46,817 nucleotides of DNA from a virus, in IMG/VR virus record IMGVR_UViG_3300045988_073363, positions 1-46,817 of that record. One strand, 5' to 3'. Position numbers and translations under genes: made by a program. Positions 17,013 to 26,614 of this stretch are shown in pieces; within the stretch, counting starts at the first letter, position 1, and every line of letters begins with the position of its first letter. The notes beneath the pieces were generated by a model that was not told the origin of the DNA, ran no database searches, and saw nothing but the letters and a program-made list of their open reading frames with translations.

Positions 17013-18035
17013 TTAGCCGTTGGAGACAATCTTGGCCAGCTTGATGTTCTTAGCATCCCAGACCTTAGTCCAGTTAGCCTTAGTGCCCAGCTCGACACGG
17101 GTCGGGGAGTTCTTGGCAATCTTGCTGACATCCAGAGACATGCCCAGCGGGTGCATAGCCATGCCCCACTTGGTGTACAGCTTGTTCACGCCGCCCTTGG
17201 ACTCAGGGTCGTAATCGACGTAGTTGGGACGGTCGATGCGGACGTTCCGAGCGGTAGCGATAGCACCCTCACCCAGCAGGTAGGTGGTGTAAGTTGCAAC
17301 GCCATCCTTTGTGCCAGAGGTCAGGCTGTCATCGACCATAACCAGATACTTGTTCAGCAGCAAACCGAACTGAACGCCACGGCTGTAAGCATCAGGTGTG
17401 GTAGCAATGTTGTTGACCAGTTGCAGTTTCAGCAGGTTCGTGTACACACGAGAGTGCATAGCAACCATGGTCAGGTCATCGAAGTTGTCGCCCAGAGCTT
17501 CCTGCGCAGCATCGAGGAAAGTGTCAGCAGACAGACGGTTCTCTGCGGTGGGAGTAGCGGTAGTGGAAGAACCCTTGTCGGCGGTGATGTCCTTGACGTG
17601 GCTGGACATAGCGTCAACAGTCAGAACGCCATCAATGACAGACAGAAGGTCTTTCTGGTTGTTCTTCTGCTGGTAGTAAGCGACCTTACGAGCGACATCG
17701 CCCAGAGGGTCAGCGCCAGTCAGCTCACGAGTGAAGTCTTGGTCTTTCCAAGCGGCCATACGGCGGAAAGCCATGCCGGTCTGCTTGGCGGCAGCGACTT
17801 CAACAGGGGTGTTGTCGGTCTCGCCATCGTAGTTCTTGGCATCGCCAGTCAGGGGGGTGTAGTTGGGGACGGTAAACACGTTGTTCTTGTCGGTCAGCAC
17901 AGCGCTGATTTCGGGAGCAACGCGCAGAACGCCAGAATTGATAATCGAGGTGTGTACGGGGTCTGCTTCTTGGATGTAATCAGTGAAAACATCGGGGTCG
18001 AAGTAGAAACCACCAAAAGTGCCAGTTACAGCCAT
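17013..18035 (-). CDS. Major capsid protein (SPP1 gp13-like, HK97 fold).
   Basis: ORF track, 340 aa. Follows the scaffold gene. Segments such as SADTFLDAAQEALGDNFDDLTMVAMHSRVY parallel SPP1 gp13 as I remember it. Confidence 0.8.
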   Translation of the reverse strand: MAVTGTFGGFYFDPDVFTDYIQEADPVHTSIINSGVLRVAPEISAVLTDKNNVFTVPNYTPLTGDAKNYDGETDNTPVEVAAAKQTGMAFRRMAAWKDQDFTRELTGADPLGDVARKVAYYQQKNNQKDLLSVIDGVLTVDAMSSHVKDITADKGSSTTATPTAENRLSADTFLDAAQEALGDNFDDLTMVAMHSRVYTNLLKLQLVNNIATTPDAYSRGVQFGLLLNKYLVMVDDSLTSGTKDGVATYTTYLLGEGAIATARNVRIDRPNYVDYDPESKGGVNKLYTKWGMAMHPLGMSLDVSKIAKNSPTRVELGTKANWTKVWDAKNIKLAKIVSNG

Positions 18036-18062
18036 TGTTTGATTCCTCTCTTTAACTTAGAT

Positions 18063-18641
18063 TTAGAAGTGTTTCGCCAATTTAGCGGATTCGGCCTTGT
18101 ACAGTTCGGGATTCTTCTGTTTCAGCTCCATCCGTTCTTGCATAGTCATCTTGGAAAACTCTTTGTTGGCAGGAGCATTACCGTCAGAGGGCTGCTTCAT
18201 ACCTTGCATGAGTTCTTGGCGAATTGCGGTCGCAATCGCTTCTTTCTCCGCGTTGTAAGTATCGATGATGGTCTGTGCGCCAGCCATAGCATCTTCATCT
18301 TCCATGTCGGAGAACTTGTCAATGAGTTTCGCATAGCCGTCAGACTTAATACCGCTTTTTGCCAAAGCAGATTCAATCTTGCTCTTGCGGCGGTCTTTCA
18401 TCAGTGCGGCGTTCTGCGCCTTGATAGCGGCAATGTCTGCCGCTTGCTTCTCTGCATCGGTCATCTGGTGCTGCTTCAACTGGTCAAGTTCAGAAACAGC
18501 GTTCTGATATTTGCCAGCGCTCACATATTCGCCAGTGCCGAGGTCAGCTAGCTTAATGCCTTTTGCTTGAAGTGCTGCGTCCAATTGTTCTTTAGTCATG
18601 CTTTCGGCATCACCAAAGATTGTGCCAAAATCAAATGCCAT
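18063..18641 (-). CDS. Scaffolding protein.
   Basis: ORF track 18063..18659. The ATG at 18641 has GGAAAGGA upstream. Helical, charged, and between the portal and capsid genes. Confidence 0.7.
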   Translation of the reverse strand: MAFDFGTIFGDAESMTKEQLDAALQAKGIKLADLGTGEYVSAGKYQNAVSELDQLKQHQMTDAEKQAADIAAIKAQNAALMKDRRKSKIESALAKSGIKSDGYAKLIDKFSDMEDEDAMAGAQTIIDTYNAEKEAIATAIRQELMQGMKQPSDGNAPANKEFSKMTMQERMELKQKNPELYKAESAKLAKHF

Positions 18642-18736
18642 AGTAGTTTTCCTTTCCACTGTTTAAACGTGTTGTGAATCCACAGTTTCTTGCAGTTAAG
18701 CGCCAGCAAGATAGGCGAAATCTATCTAAAATCGGA

Positions 18737-20431
18737 TTACTCCGACTTAGCCTTGTTGATTGCGTCATTCTGGGCGTTATTATCGCCCTTAGTTGTAGTG
18801 TCGTTAGCCTTTGCGTCACGCTGCGCGTTCTTTGCATCGTCGGCATCCTGCGGCTTATTCGTCTTATCACTTGTCCCGTCAGGATTATTCGACTCTTTAA
18901 GCTGTTCTGGTTGAGGTTGAGGTTTCCACTTCTCAATCATGAAATCCTCGCTCATATTGAACAAGTTCTCCGGGTCACTTGTGATGTCGCTAAGAGAAAT
19001 AGCGCCAAGCGGATGAATACCAGCTTGCAGCAGGTTAAGCAGGACTTGGCTCTTATTCAGCAAGTTATCTGTACGGTTACGAGTGAACTTGATGTCAATG
19101 TCAGACGTTTCAAGACCTGTAACCTTGTACTTAGGAAACGCTTGCAGAATTTTGAGCATGACCAAAATGGTTTCACGCTCACTCTTGAAGAACATCTTCT
19201 CGAAGCTAAGAGCGCGGCTCTCTGCGTTCGTCCAACCTTGACCGATGATAAGTGCTTGACCTGTATTGCCACCGGCAGAAGCACGTCTATCAGGCACACC
19301 AGCGATTGCAAGAACCTTGTTGTACAAGTCCTCAACCAGAGTTTGCGTCTGGTCTTGATTCAACTCGCTGGTAATAATGTCAACGTCAGCTTGATACTGA
19401 CCATTTGACTGAACCTTGATAGCGCCGAGTTCTTTCATCGCAGTGAAAGTTTCCTCGTCAATGTCGCAGTTAATGAACTTGATGAAGCTCTGAACGAATT
19501 GCTGAACACCATCTACACGGTCGGAAGCCATCTCATTGAGAGCGTCAAGGAGTTCGATGACAGGCTCAAAAGAACCCAATCTGGAAGTGTTAGCGTCGTA
19601 TTCAACAATCGGGTTAATCCCCATAGGATTTGGCGTAACTTCAAATTTGGTTGTTCCGCTTACAACAATGTCCATCCAAGACGTGGCTTGGTCGCTACCA
19701 TCGGCGACAGGCATCGAATACGGCAGAGAGGCCGTGAACACGTTGTCATCGGTGTAGGCAATGATGTCAACCGTATCGGTCAGACCAACACCGTGCTTTC
19801 TGTGATAAGTGCAACTTAGCAGCTTCGAGTGCTCCATGTTCGTGCTGTACACGCAGAAAGTGTTTCGCGGGTCAAGCACAGAAGTATGAAACGGCGGCGC
19901 AGACTTCTCTTTACGCTTCGAGGCGTAAGCGGTCAGCGGGAAAGTTGCCTTGAAGCCAATACCGCACTCAAAAATCCAATCAGCAAGTTCGCGGTCAGTG
20001 TTAGGCTTGTCATCGTTCAAGCACAAAGTATTCAAACGATTGACTTTATCCTCACCATTGCGTTTGCGCGGCTTGGGAGCCATTTCTGCGGCCTTTTGAG
20101 CGTCAAGCGTATCAGGTGTAGCCTGTTCACTATCGTCGCTTTCAGAGCGTGCTACATAGGTTACAGGAGAGCCAAAGCAATAGCCGGTTTTGAACTCGAC
20201 AATCTCATAGGCATGGTTTTCAACAATCTTATTGTTGATTTCCGGGCGTACATCCTTAGTGCGATTCAGCACTGGTTGAATACCCTTTGCATAATTATGC
20301 AGATAGTCAATGTCCTCTGCGTTTTGCAGGTGAACCGGGATTGCATCAGCAAGAATCCGAGCGACAACAATCGCGTCTAAATCTTCGGGTTCGTAAGACG
20401 AATAGATTTTTTTTCGACCTTTGTTAAGCAT
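18737..20431 (-). CDS. Portal protein (SPP1 gp6-like).
   Basis: ORF track 18737..20533. The ATG at 20431 has GGGGGTGA upstream. 564 aa with an acidic/basic C-terminal tail; first gene of the late arm. Confidence 0.8.
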   Translation of the reverse strand: MLNKGRKKIYSSYEPEDLDAIVVARILADAIPVHLQNAEDIDYLHNYAKGIQPVLNRTKDVRPEINNKIVENHAYEIVEFKTGYCFGSPVTYVARSESDDSEQATPDTLDAQKAAEMAPKPRKRNGEDKVNRLNTLCLNDDKPNTDRELADWIFECGIGFKATFPLTAYASKRKEKSAPPFHTSVLDPRNTFCVYSTNMEHSKLLSCTYHRKHGVGLTDTVDIIAYTDDNVFTASLPYSMPVADGSDQATSWMDIVVSGTTKFEVTPNPMGINPIVEYDANTSRLGSFEPVIELLDALNEMASDRVDGVQQFVQSFIKFINCDIDEETFTAMKELGAIKVQSNGQYQADVDIITSELNQDQTQTLVEDLYNKVLAIAGVPDRRASAGGNTGQALIIGQGWTNAESRALSFEKMFFKSERETILVMLKILQAFPKYKVTGLETSDIDIKFTRNRTDNLLNKSQVLLNLLQAGIHPLGAISLSDITSDPENLFNMSEDFMIEKWKPQPQPEQLKESNNPDGTSDKTNKPQDADDAKNAQRDAKANDTTTKGDNNAQNDAINKAKSE

Positions 20432-20458
20432 TAGTTCACCCCCGGTTTGCTTGATTCC

Positions 20459-20487
20459 ATAATAAAAGAAAAAAGTTACCAAGGCAA
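20459..20487 (-). promoter_or_regulatory. Candidate promoter of the late (structural) arm.
   Basis: Minus strand reads TTGCCT - 17 nt - TATTAT, about 20 nt upstream of the portal RBS. Confidence 0.4.
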
Positions 20488-20514
20488 CAGATTTGCGTTG
20501 AGTTGATTTCGCGC

Positions 20515-20543
20515 TTGCAAAAGTTGCGCTCAACTGGTATAAT
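20515..20543 (+). promoter_or_regulatory. Sigma-A-type promoter of the plus-strand terminase/replication arm.
   Basis: TTGCAA - 17 nt - TATAAT with a TGn extension. The inverted repeat gttgag...ctcaac overlaps the spacer. Confidence 0.65.
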
Positions 20544-20578
20544 TAACTCGTAATTAAACCACGAAAGGGGTTGACAAA

Positions 20579-20842
20579 ATGGAATTTAAGCCACTCACAG
20601 CCAAAGAACTTGAATTTTTGGGCTATGGCTCACACACGACAATCAGCAAATACGTCGCCATGGGGATGCCAAGACACGGCGTAAGAGGGCGGTACTGGTT
20701 CATTGAAGAAGAAGTACGCAGCTGGATTCTATGCCGTGGAGAGCCGATTTACATTGCTTGCCCGTGCTGCGGCAAAATGATTAAAGTGCCGAAAGAGGTG
20801 ATTCTAAATGCTAAACACTCCGAAGATGGCGAGAACGCCTGA
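20579..20842 (+). CDS. Excisionase/MerR-like HTH plus CxxC zinc-ribbon DNA-binding protein; small-terminase candidate by position.
   Basis: ORF track, 87 aa. HTTISKYVAMGMPRH..YWFIEEEV resembles an HTH_17-like motif, followed by CPCCGK. Lies directly upstream of and overlapping the large terminase. Confidence 0.45.
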   Translation: MEFKPLTAKELEFLGYGSHTTISKYVAMGMPRHGVRGRYWFIEEEVRSWILCRGEPIYIACPCCGKMIKVPKEVILNAKHSEDGENA

Positions 20843-22526
20843 GCAGGCAGAAGCCAAAGTCAGAATTATGAAGTTCAATAAGCTGGTTCGAGACAATCCG
20901 ACAGATGTCAAACTCGTAGAAGCAGCGCTCTCCGCTTGTGCAAACGCAACCGCAAACGATGACGGGACGTTTAACACGACAGGAGAGGATAACGAATTTG
21001 CGTTTAAATCCGCGATGAATCTGTACAACGTCTGCCTTTGGAACATCGCAAACACGAGAAATCTGGATGAAAAGAGAAAGTGGGTCGCTCTAGCAAAGAG
21101 TTCACTGTTGTATTTGGCTCACAAGTATTTTGATTCGTTCATGCTTTACTTGGAGTTCGACCGTAGACCAGACAAGAGATTCTACGCTCCGCGACGGAAA
21201 CAGTTGAAGCGCATTGTTGATGGTTTCCAAGATGTTGCAGACGGAAAGATTGACCTCTTGACAGTTAGCCAGCCGAAGCGTACAGGCAAGACCACCCTTG
21301 GTCTTTTGTTCGTTATTTGGAGAGCTGGTATGAAGCCAGACAAGTCTTGCTTTCTAGTTGGGCGCGGTGACGCTCTGGCAAAGTCTTTTTACGATGGTTG
21401 CTTGACTTTCCTGCAAGATAAGGCGACTTACAATTATTGGGACGTGTTTCCGGGTCAGAATATCGCTGCAACGAACGCGGAACAACGCACAATCGACATT
21501 ACGACACGTCATCGCTTTTCGTCTATCATGTGCCGCTCCCTTGACTCACAGGTTACTGGACTTTCCGAAGCTGCTAATATCCTATATCTGGATGACTGTT
21601 GCATCGGCTCTGACGAAGCAAGAAACAAAGACCGCCTTGATACGTTGTGGGATAAAATACGTTCAGATGTTCTTGGCCGTCGTCTTGAGGGCGTTCCTAT
21701 CATCGCGCAGGGCACGCGGTTTAGTATTTATGACCCTATCGGGCATTTGCAAGACATCGCACCTCAAATGGGATGGCGCACAAAAATTGTCGAAGTTCCA
21801 GCTCTTGATTATGCCACGGATGAATCCAACTTCCACTACAAATATGGAATGGGGTTCAGTACAGAATATTACCGCAATGAGCGAAAACTGGTCACTGACC
21901 TGCAATGGGAGAGCGAGTTCCAGCAAAGACCTATCGAAGAAAAAGGCGTTGTTTTTGGAAAGAATGACTTGCAATACTACGATAAGCTGCCAGACCTTGA
22001 TTGGGATGCCATTGTAGCTGTTGCCGACCCATCAGAGGGCAAGGGAGACTATACTTGTATGCCTGTTGGCTTTGTGAGCGGAACAGAAGTCTACATCGAA
22101 GATGTAGTGTTCTCGCAAGCATTACCAGAAGTTAATGCGCCTAAGTGTGGTGCGATGTGCGTCAAACACGGAGTTAAAATCTGCCAAGTAGAATCCAACG
22201 CAAACGGTCTGCTATTTGCAGAGAAAGTTGAGAACCAGATTAACAGCATGGGTGGAAGAACCAGCGTTCGTACAAAGAGAACCACAGCAAACAAGCAAAC
22301 AAAAATTATTGTCGCGTCAGACAACATAAGAAATCACTTCTGGTTTAGAAATCCGAATTATCTGGACAATGGCAGTGAATACGCGCAGTTTTTACGAAAT
22401 TTATGGTCGTATAGTCAGGTTTCTAAGAACCAGCACGACGATGCCCCGGACGCAGTTGCCATGCTTGAAAACATGATAGGCGCTCTAACTGCCGGAAAAG
22501 TTCAAGTTTTTAAGCGACCTTTCTGA
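20808..22526 (+). CDS. terL: Terminase large subunit.
   Basis: ORF track, 572 aa. P-loop-like SQPKRTGKTT, a Walker B-like LYLDD, and a C-terminal nuclease-like acidic motif (HDDAPDAV). Confidence 0.8.
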   Translation: MLNTPKMARTPEQAEAKVRIMKFNKLVRDNPTDVKLVEAALSACANATANDDGTFNTTGEDNEFAFKSAMNLYNVCLWNIANTRNLDEKRKWVALAKSSLLYLAHKYFDSFMLYLEFDRRPDKRFYAPRRKQLKRIVDGFQDVADGKIDLLTVSQPKRTGKTTLGLLFVIWRAGMKPDKSCFLVGRGDALAKSFYDGCLTFLQDKATYNYWDVFPGQNIAATNAEQRTIDITTRHRFSSIMCRSLDSQVTGLSEAANILYLDDCCIGSDEARNKDRLDTLWDKIRSDVLGRRLEGVPIIAQGTRFSIYDPIGHLQDIAPQMGWRTKIVEVPALDYATDESNFHYKYGMGFSTEYYRNERKLVTDLQWESEFQQRPIEEKGVVFGKNDLQYYDKLPDLDWDAIVAVADPSEGKGDYTCMPVGFVSGTEVYIEDVVFSQALPEVNAPKCGAMCVKHGVKICQVESNANGLLFAEKVENQINSMGGRTSVRTKRTTANKQTKIIVASDNIRNHFWFRNPNYLDNGSEYAQFLRNLWSYSQVSKNQHDDAPDAVAMLENMIGALTAGKVQVFKRPF

Positions 22527-22535
22527 TTTTAGCCA

Positions 22536-22564
22536 TTGACTTATAACTCGGATTGCGTTATAAT
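22536..22564 (+). promoter_or_regulatory. Consensus sigma-A promoter.
   Basis: TTGACT - 17 nt - TATAAT. Confidence 0.7.
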
Positions 22565-22573
22565 ACTGGTATA

Positions 22574-22680
22574 GGTTCTATTCGGAAGTTGCGGGCCGGA
22601 TAGACCCGAAAACTGAATAGAGCCTAACAAGAACAGCTATCAAGATGTAACCGCAACTACGTCTTGGTGGCTGTTTTTGT
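22574..22680 (+). promoter_or_regulatory. Structured 5' leader with an intrinsic terminator (attenuator candidate) upstream of the wHTH gene.
   Basis: Hairpin 1 is ggttctattc (22574-83) / gaatagagcc (22615-24). The terminator is aacagc..caagatg-loop-cgtcttg..gctgtt followed by T5 (22632-22680). An 8-nt stretch, agttgcgg (22587-94), is complementary to the terminator loop ccgcaact (22651-58). Confidence 0.5.
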
Positions 22681-22702
22681 TATCAAATGGAGATGTATAA
22701 CA

Positions 22703-23641
22703 ATGATTATGCGCACCGAGAAAAACAAAAATTACACGGTGATGGGCAACTATCATCTGCGGGACAAAGAATTGTCTCTAAAAGCCAAGGGGCTGCTGTC
22801 TATTATGCTGAGTTTGCCTGACGGCTGGAACTTCTCAACGCAGGGACTTACTACGCTTTCAAGTGACGGAGAGACAGCAATTCGGTCTACACTCAAAGAA
22901 TTGGAGCAAAAAGGCTACCTAAAGCGCAATAAAGTACGTATTAACGGTAAAATTGTTGATTGGGAGTATGTTGTCTACGAGCAAAAACATCCATGTGTTC
23001 CAGTTGATGAAAGTCCAGTTGATGAAAACGTACATGTGAATAATCGCACCCAATTAAATACTAAAGAAATAAATACTAAAGAAATAAATAATTTCTCAAC
23101 ATCGCCTTGCGATGCACCAATTCCTTCGGAATCGGTGAGAAATGAAAAAGCAAAATCTCTTTGGGATATTAGCAGAGAGATAACAGGAAATGACCCATTT
23201 ACTTTTCCCTATCGGCCTACGAGCGATAGCGAGGAAAACAGCGCCGCAGGCATAGTAAAGAAGAAGCCGCTTGTTAAAAATTTAACAGATATGGATAGGG
23301 CGACGCTTTTCAGCAAGGTATGCGACATGGCAATTGGGAATGAAATTCTCTTTGCGTTGCATTGTGGCACAAAACACGGAATCGCAAATCTCACAATTAA
23401 AGGAGCGTTTGACTGTTGGCTCGACAATGCACTATACCGTGAGAGCGCGAGAGAAGCCTATTTAAGCAAGTTTCTTGAAGCATGGGAAAATATCTGCGAT
23501 AACTGTGCAGACCGTTTCTGGATGCCTGCGCGTGGCGGAGAGGGCTATGTATGGCAGAACGTGATTAGAAAGTACGCAAGAGAATGGAATCCTGGCACTT
23601 TAAGCGAACGCAGGGAAGCTAAAGCGAAGGAGATTTTGTAA
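22703..23641 (+). CDS. Winged-helix DNA-binding protein; replication initiator / replisome-organiser-like.
   Basis: ORF track 22664..23641, with a probable ATG at 22703. The N-terminus YTVMGNYHLRDKELSLKAKGLLSIMLSLPDGWNFS..LKELEQKGYL matches a wHTH family common on Firmicutes mobile elements. Confidence 0.55.
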   Translation: MIMRTEKNKNYTVMGNYHLRDKELSLKAKGLLSIMLSLPDGWNFSTQGLTTLSSDGETAIRSTLKELEQKGYLKRNKVRINGKIVDWEYVVYEQKHPCVPVDESPVDENVHVNNRTQLNTKEINTKEINNFSTSPCDAPIPSESVRNEKAKSLWDISREITGNDPFTFPYRPTSDSEENSAAGIVKKKPLVKNLTDMDRATLFSKVCDMAIGNEILFALHCGTKHGIANLTIKGAFDCWLDNALYRESAREAYLSKFLEAWENICDNCADRFWMPARGGEGYVWQNVIRKYAREWNPGTLSERREAKAKEIL

Positions 23642-23874
23642 TGAACGCTGAAATTTTCAAAATGATTGCGTATGGCGGCATGATTGTATTCTTGAACTGT
23701 ATTGTAGCTGGGCTTATTGACTTGATTCTCGGTGCTTTATTTTTAGACTTGGGAGATGCAGACAAGAAAGAAGCGGCAGAGAAATGTCTTATCATAATTA
23801 TTGTGATTGCCGCGATTGCACTAATTACTGCTCTTGACGGGGCGCTTTTGTATTCTGCGCTCTCAAACAAATAA
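23641..23874 (+). CDS. Small membrane protein with two TM helices.
   Basis: ORF track, 77 aa. The ATG overlaps the upstream TAA (TAATG). Confidence 0.6.
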   Translation: MNAEIFKMIAYGGMIVFLNCIVAGLIDLILGALFLDLGDADKKEAAEKCLIIIIVIAAIALITALDGALLYSALSNK

Positions 23875-23880
23875 TCCATA

Positions 23881-23927
23881 ATTTGCAACATTCGTCCATT
23901 CCACTTTTTTATGCGGCATGGTAGAAT
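23881..23927 (+). promoter_or_regulatory. Promoter with a conserved upstream box (copy 1 of 2).
   Basis: ATTTGCAACA-N3-GTCCATT, then TTCCAC - 17 nt - TAGAAT preceded by ATGG. The same architecture occurs at 28249..28295. Confidence 0.5.
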
Positions 23928-23954
23928 AAATGCAGAACGAAAGGGAGTGAAGAA

Positions 23955-25226
23955 ATGAAAGTTTTCAATGTTGGGGACAAGGCAAGAGTCAGAAAAGACC
24001 TAGTTGGCGGTGAAATGTACGATACATGTACTTCTTATCCTTGTTGTTGCAACGCAACAATGACACTTTTCGCCGGTTATGTCGTTGTCGTTTGTGAAAA
24101 AAATGACAGAACTGGTATAATGCACTTGCGCAAGGTTGAGGATGGATTTACAACCGAAATGCCTTTTTCGTGGTCTGACGATATGCTTGAACCATTAGAA
24201 GAAAAAGAAAAAGGGAAACAGCACGGATTCTTAACAGTCGGTTCTATCGTAAAAATCCGCAGTGACATTGCAAAACGTGTTGATAGTAAAAACCGAATCT
24301 GGATAACGCTTGATGGGAAGAAGTGCCCGTCAATTCATGTAAGCAATGAAATTAAAGAATCTGGAAATAAAGCTGTCGTAATCACGGAAGTCCTTTCAAG
24401 ACCTGGACACATGGACGGATGTGCATATCGCGCAAGGTTTGCCGGTCTTCCTCGTAAGAATATTACAGGTTTATTTGACATTACAATGTTTGACTGCCTG
24501 GAAGATTGGCTTGCCGCAGAAAAAGGCAATAAGCATAGCGATGATAAATCAAAGAAAGGTTTTAAGGTCGGAGATAAAGTTGTCATTAAGACAACGGTTT
24601 CTAGCGGAGAATATATTGACAATATAACCATTCAATATTTCATGTTTGACCAAGCGTATGACAGCACTGACCCGTCGCATCCTTGCAGGAGAGTTGGAAC
24701 TGTCTCTAAAATTACACGCTTTAATCCAGACACCGGCAATGGCGCGTTTGAAATCAATTTTGATGGTGAAAACAGAACTTTCACATGGCCGCAAAGCGCA
24801 TTTGAGTTGTACGATGGCAATAATGACAAGCTAAAGCCGCCAAAGAAGCAGCTGCCAAAGAAAAAGAGCGTAGCTTCAACAGCTGATTACAGTGGTTACA
24901 CGCCTAAGTCAGAGTTCTACTGCTATGACTATCTGAATAGACCCGCAACTTTCTGTAAGAACGCCATGGAAAACATCACCAAAATCGAGATAACGGTTAT
25001 GTCTGGCGATGAAACTGGTTGCTTCTACGGAGTCTACAACGGCAAACCTTGGCAATACAGATTCGATGCAGCTGAATCCAGATTCGCCAGCTACGATGAT
25101 GGCTCTTACACGGTAGAGGGTAAAGAGAACATCGAGAAGTGGATAAATTGGAATTATGACCCGGAAAAGGCCATTTACGCAGAGTATTCTATGGAGCGCA
25201 TGAGAGCGTTTCGCAAGAGGGAATAA
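23955..25226 (+). CDS. Hypothetical 423-aa protein with three SH3/KOW-like repeat starts.
   Basis: ORF track. Repeated motifs FNVGDKARVRKDL, LTVGSIVKIRSDI and FKVGDKVVIKTTV. RBS is AAGGGAG. Confidence 0.6.
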   Translation: MKVFNVGDKARVRKDLVGGEMYDTCTSYPCCCNATMTLFAGYVVVVCEKNDRTGIMHLRKVEDGFTTEMPFSWSDDMLEPLEEKEKGKQHGFLTVGSIVKIRSDIAKRVDSKNRIWITLDGKKCPSIHVSNEIKESGNKAVVITEVLSRPGHMDGCAYRARFAGLPRKNITGLFDITMFDCLEDWLAAEKGNKHSDDKSKKGFKVGDKVVIKTTVSSGEYIDNITIQYFMFDQAYDSTDPSHPCRRVGTVSKITRFNPDTGNGAFEINFDGENRTFTWPQSAFELYDGNNDKLKPPKKQLPKKKSVASTADYSGYTPKSEFYCYDYLNRPATFCKNAMENITKIEITVMSGDETGCFYGVYNGKPWQYRFDAAESRFASYDDGSYTVEGKENIEKWINWNYDPEKAIYAEYSMERMRAFRKRE

Positions 25227-25229
25227 CAA

Positions 25230-25634
25230 ATGGACAGTGAACAGAAAAGGCTTTTGGCGAAGCAAAGACACGCATATTACGAAAATTACCGAGAATTATG
25301 GAAAGCGAATGGGCTTTGTCAGCATTGCGGCCATGTGAAAGAAGATGCAAGATACAAGACTTGCGAGAAGTGCCGGAAGCGCAGCAGAGAAGCCAATGAG
25401 AAGTATTCCGAAATCTCGGGTATGCCGCGCAGGGATTACGTCAGAATCTTTGCAAAGAATCGTAGAGACCGGCTAACGTCAGAGGGGCTATGCTACGTTT
25501 GTGGGAAAGCCCCGGTAATGCCGGGTACACGGTGGTGCGAGAAATGTTCAGCAGATGCTACAAGGCGAAGAAAGGAGTTAAGGAATGAAAGCACACATCA
25601 GCAGACCGACCGGGCAGATGCAGAAAGCGATTGA
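25230..25634 (+). CDS. Zinc-finger protein: two CxxC-N(8-12)-CxxC units, each followed by a basic helix.
   Basis: ORF track, 134 aa. CQHCG..CEKCRKRSREAN and CYVCG..CEKCSADATRRRKE. Confidence 0.6.
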   Translation: MDSEQKRLLAKQRHAYYENYRELWKANGLCQHCGHVKEDARYKTCEKCRKRSREANEKYSEISGMPRRDYVRIFAKNRRDRLTSEGLCYVCGKAPVMPGTRWCEKCSADATRRRKELRNESTHQQTDRADAESD

Positions 25635-25917
25635 TGCGTATGCGGACAAGAAAATTGCCGAAATTCAACAAGCGGGAGCGAAAGCGGTCGAAAAAGAGCG
25701 ATACGACATTGCTACAAGAGCGAGTTATCTGTGCTTGCTGGCGTGTTATCAGGCTGGGCTTTCCCCTAAAACGCTGCGGCGAATCCAGAAGCTCATGACA
25801 GGATGCGTTGCGGAGAAGTATCAAGAGTACAGAAACGACCAGCTTGCAGACCTTTGGGCGCAAGTCACGCTGCAAGAAATTGGCGTTGAAGTAGAAGAAA
25901 CGAAAGAAAAGCTATGA
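25585..25917 (+). CDS. Hypothetical protein.
   Basis: ORF track, 110 aa. The ATG has AAAGGAG upstream. Overlaps the previous ORF by 50 nt. Confidence 0.6.
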   Translation: MKAHISRPTGQMQKAIDAYADKKIAEIQQAGAKAVEKERYDIATRASYLCLLACYQAGLSPKTLRRIQKLMTGCVAEKYQEYRNDQLADLWAQVTLQEIGVEVEETKEKL

Positions 25918-25931
25918 AAGGCGGTAATAAC

Positions 25932-26348
25932 ATGAAAATTATTCTCGATGTAGGCGCATATATGCCAACTTATGCTCATGGTGCTGATGCTGGCATGGAT
26001 TTGCGCACTCCCGTGGCGTTCATCGTCCCTGCGCATGGCAGCTACACAGTGGACACTGGTGTTCACATGCAGATTCCGTTGGGACAAGTCGGATTTATCA
26101 AGTCTAAGTCCGGGCTGAACGTGAAAGGTGGTCTGACAGCGACAGGGGTCGTGGATAGCGGCTACGCAGGGAGCATCCGTGTGAAGCTGTACAATCACAG
26201 CGACGAGGACTATATGTTCAGCCGTGGCGACAAGATTACGCAACTTGTCTTGCTCTATATCGCAAAGCCGGAGAATGGGTTTGAGGTCGTTGACCATTTC
26301 GAGGAAACGGAACGCGGAGACAATGGCTTTGGCTCGACAGGGAGATAA
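25932..26348 (+). CDS. dut: dUTP diphosphatase (trimeric dUTPase).
   Basis: ORF track 25914..26348. Motifs GADAGMDL, GVVDSGYAG and RGDNGFGSTG are the classical dUTPase motifs. Confidence 0.9.
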   Translation: MKIILDVGAYMPTYAHGADAGMDLRTPVAFIVPAHGSYTVDTGVHMQIPLGQVGFIKSKSGLNVKGGLTATGVVDSGYAGSIRVKLYNHSDEDYMFSRGDKITQLVLLYIAKPENGFEVVDHFEETERGDNGFGSTGR

Positions 26349-26350
26349 GC

Positions 26351-26614
26351 ATGGATACAAGCGTAGAACATCGGCTCTTGATGGGTTACATGGACGTTGA
26401 ACAAATTCTGGAAAATAAGCGACAACTTAGGATTCGCAAGGCAATGTCTAACTACAAGTTAGCCGTACACAATAAGCAGGAATGTGCAAGGGAAACGTTT
26501 CTTGATGAAGTTCTTGAAATTGAGAGAGAGTTTCAAGAAGAACTGTCCGAATACCACAAAATGTTTGATTATGCGCTCTATTTCGAGCGTGAGAAAAAGG
26601 AGAACGACAAATGA
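26351..26614 (+). CDS. Hypothetical helical protein.
   Basis: ORF track, 87 aa. Tightly packed within the operon. Confidence 0.6.
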   Translation: MDTSVEHRLLMGYMDVEQILENKRQLRIRKAMSNYKLAVHNKQECARETFLDEVLEIEREFQEELSEYHKMFDYALYFEREKKENDK

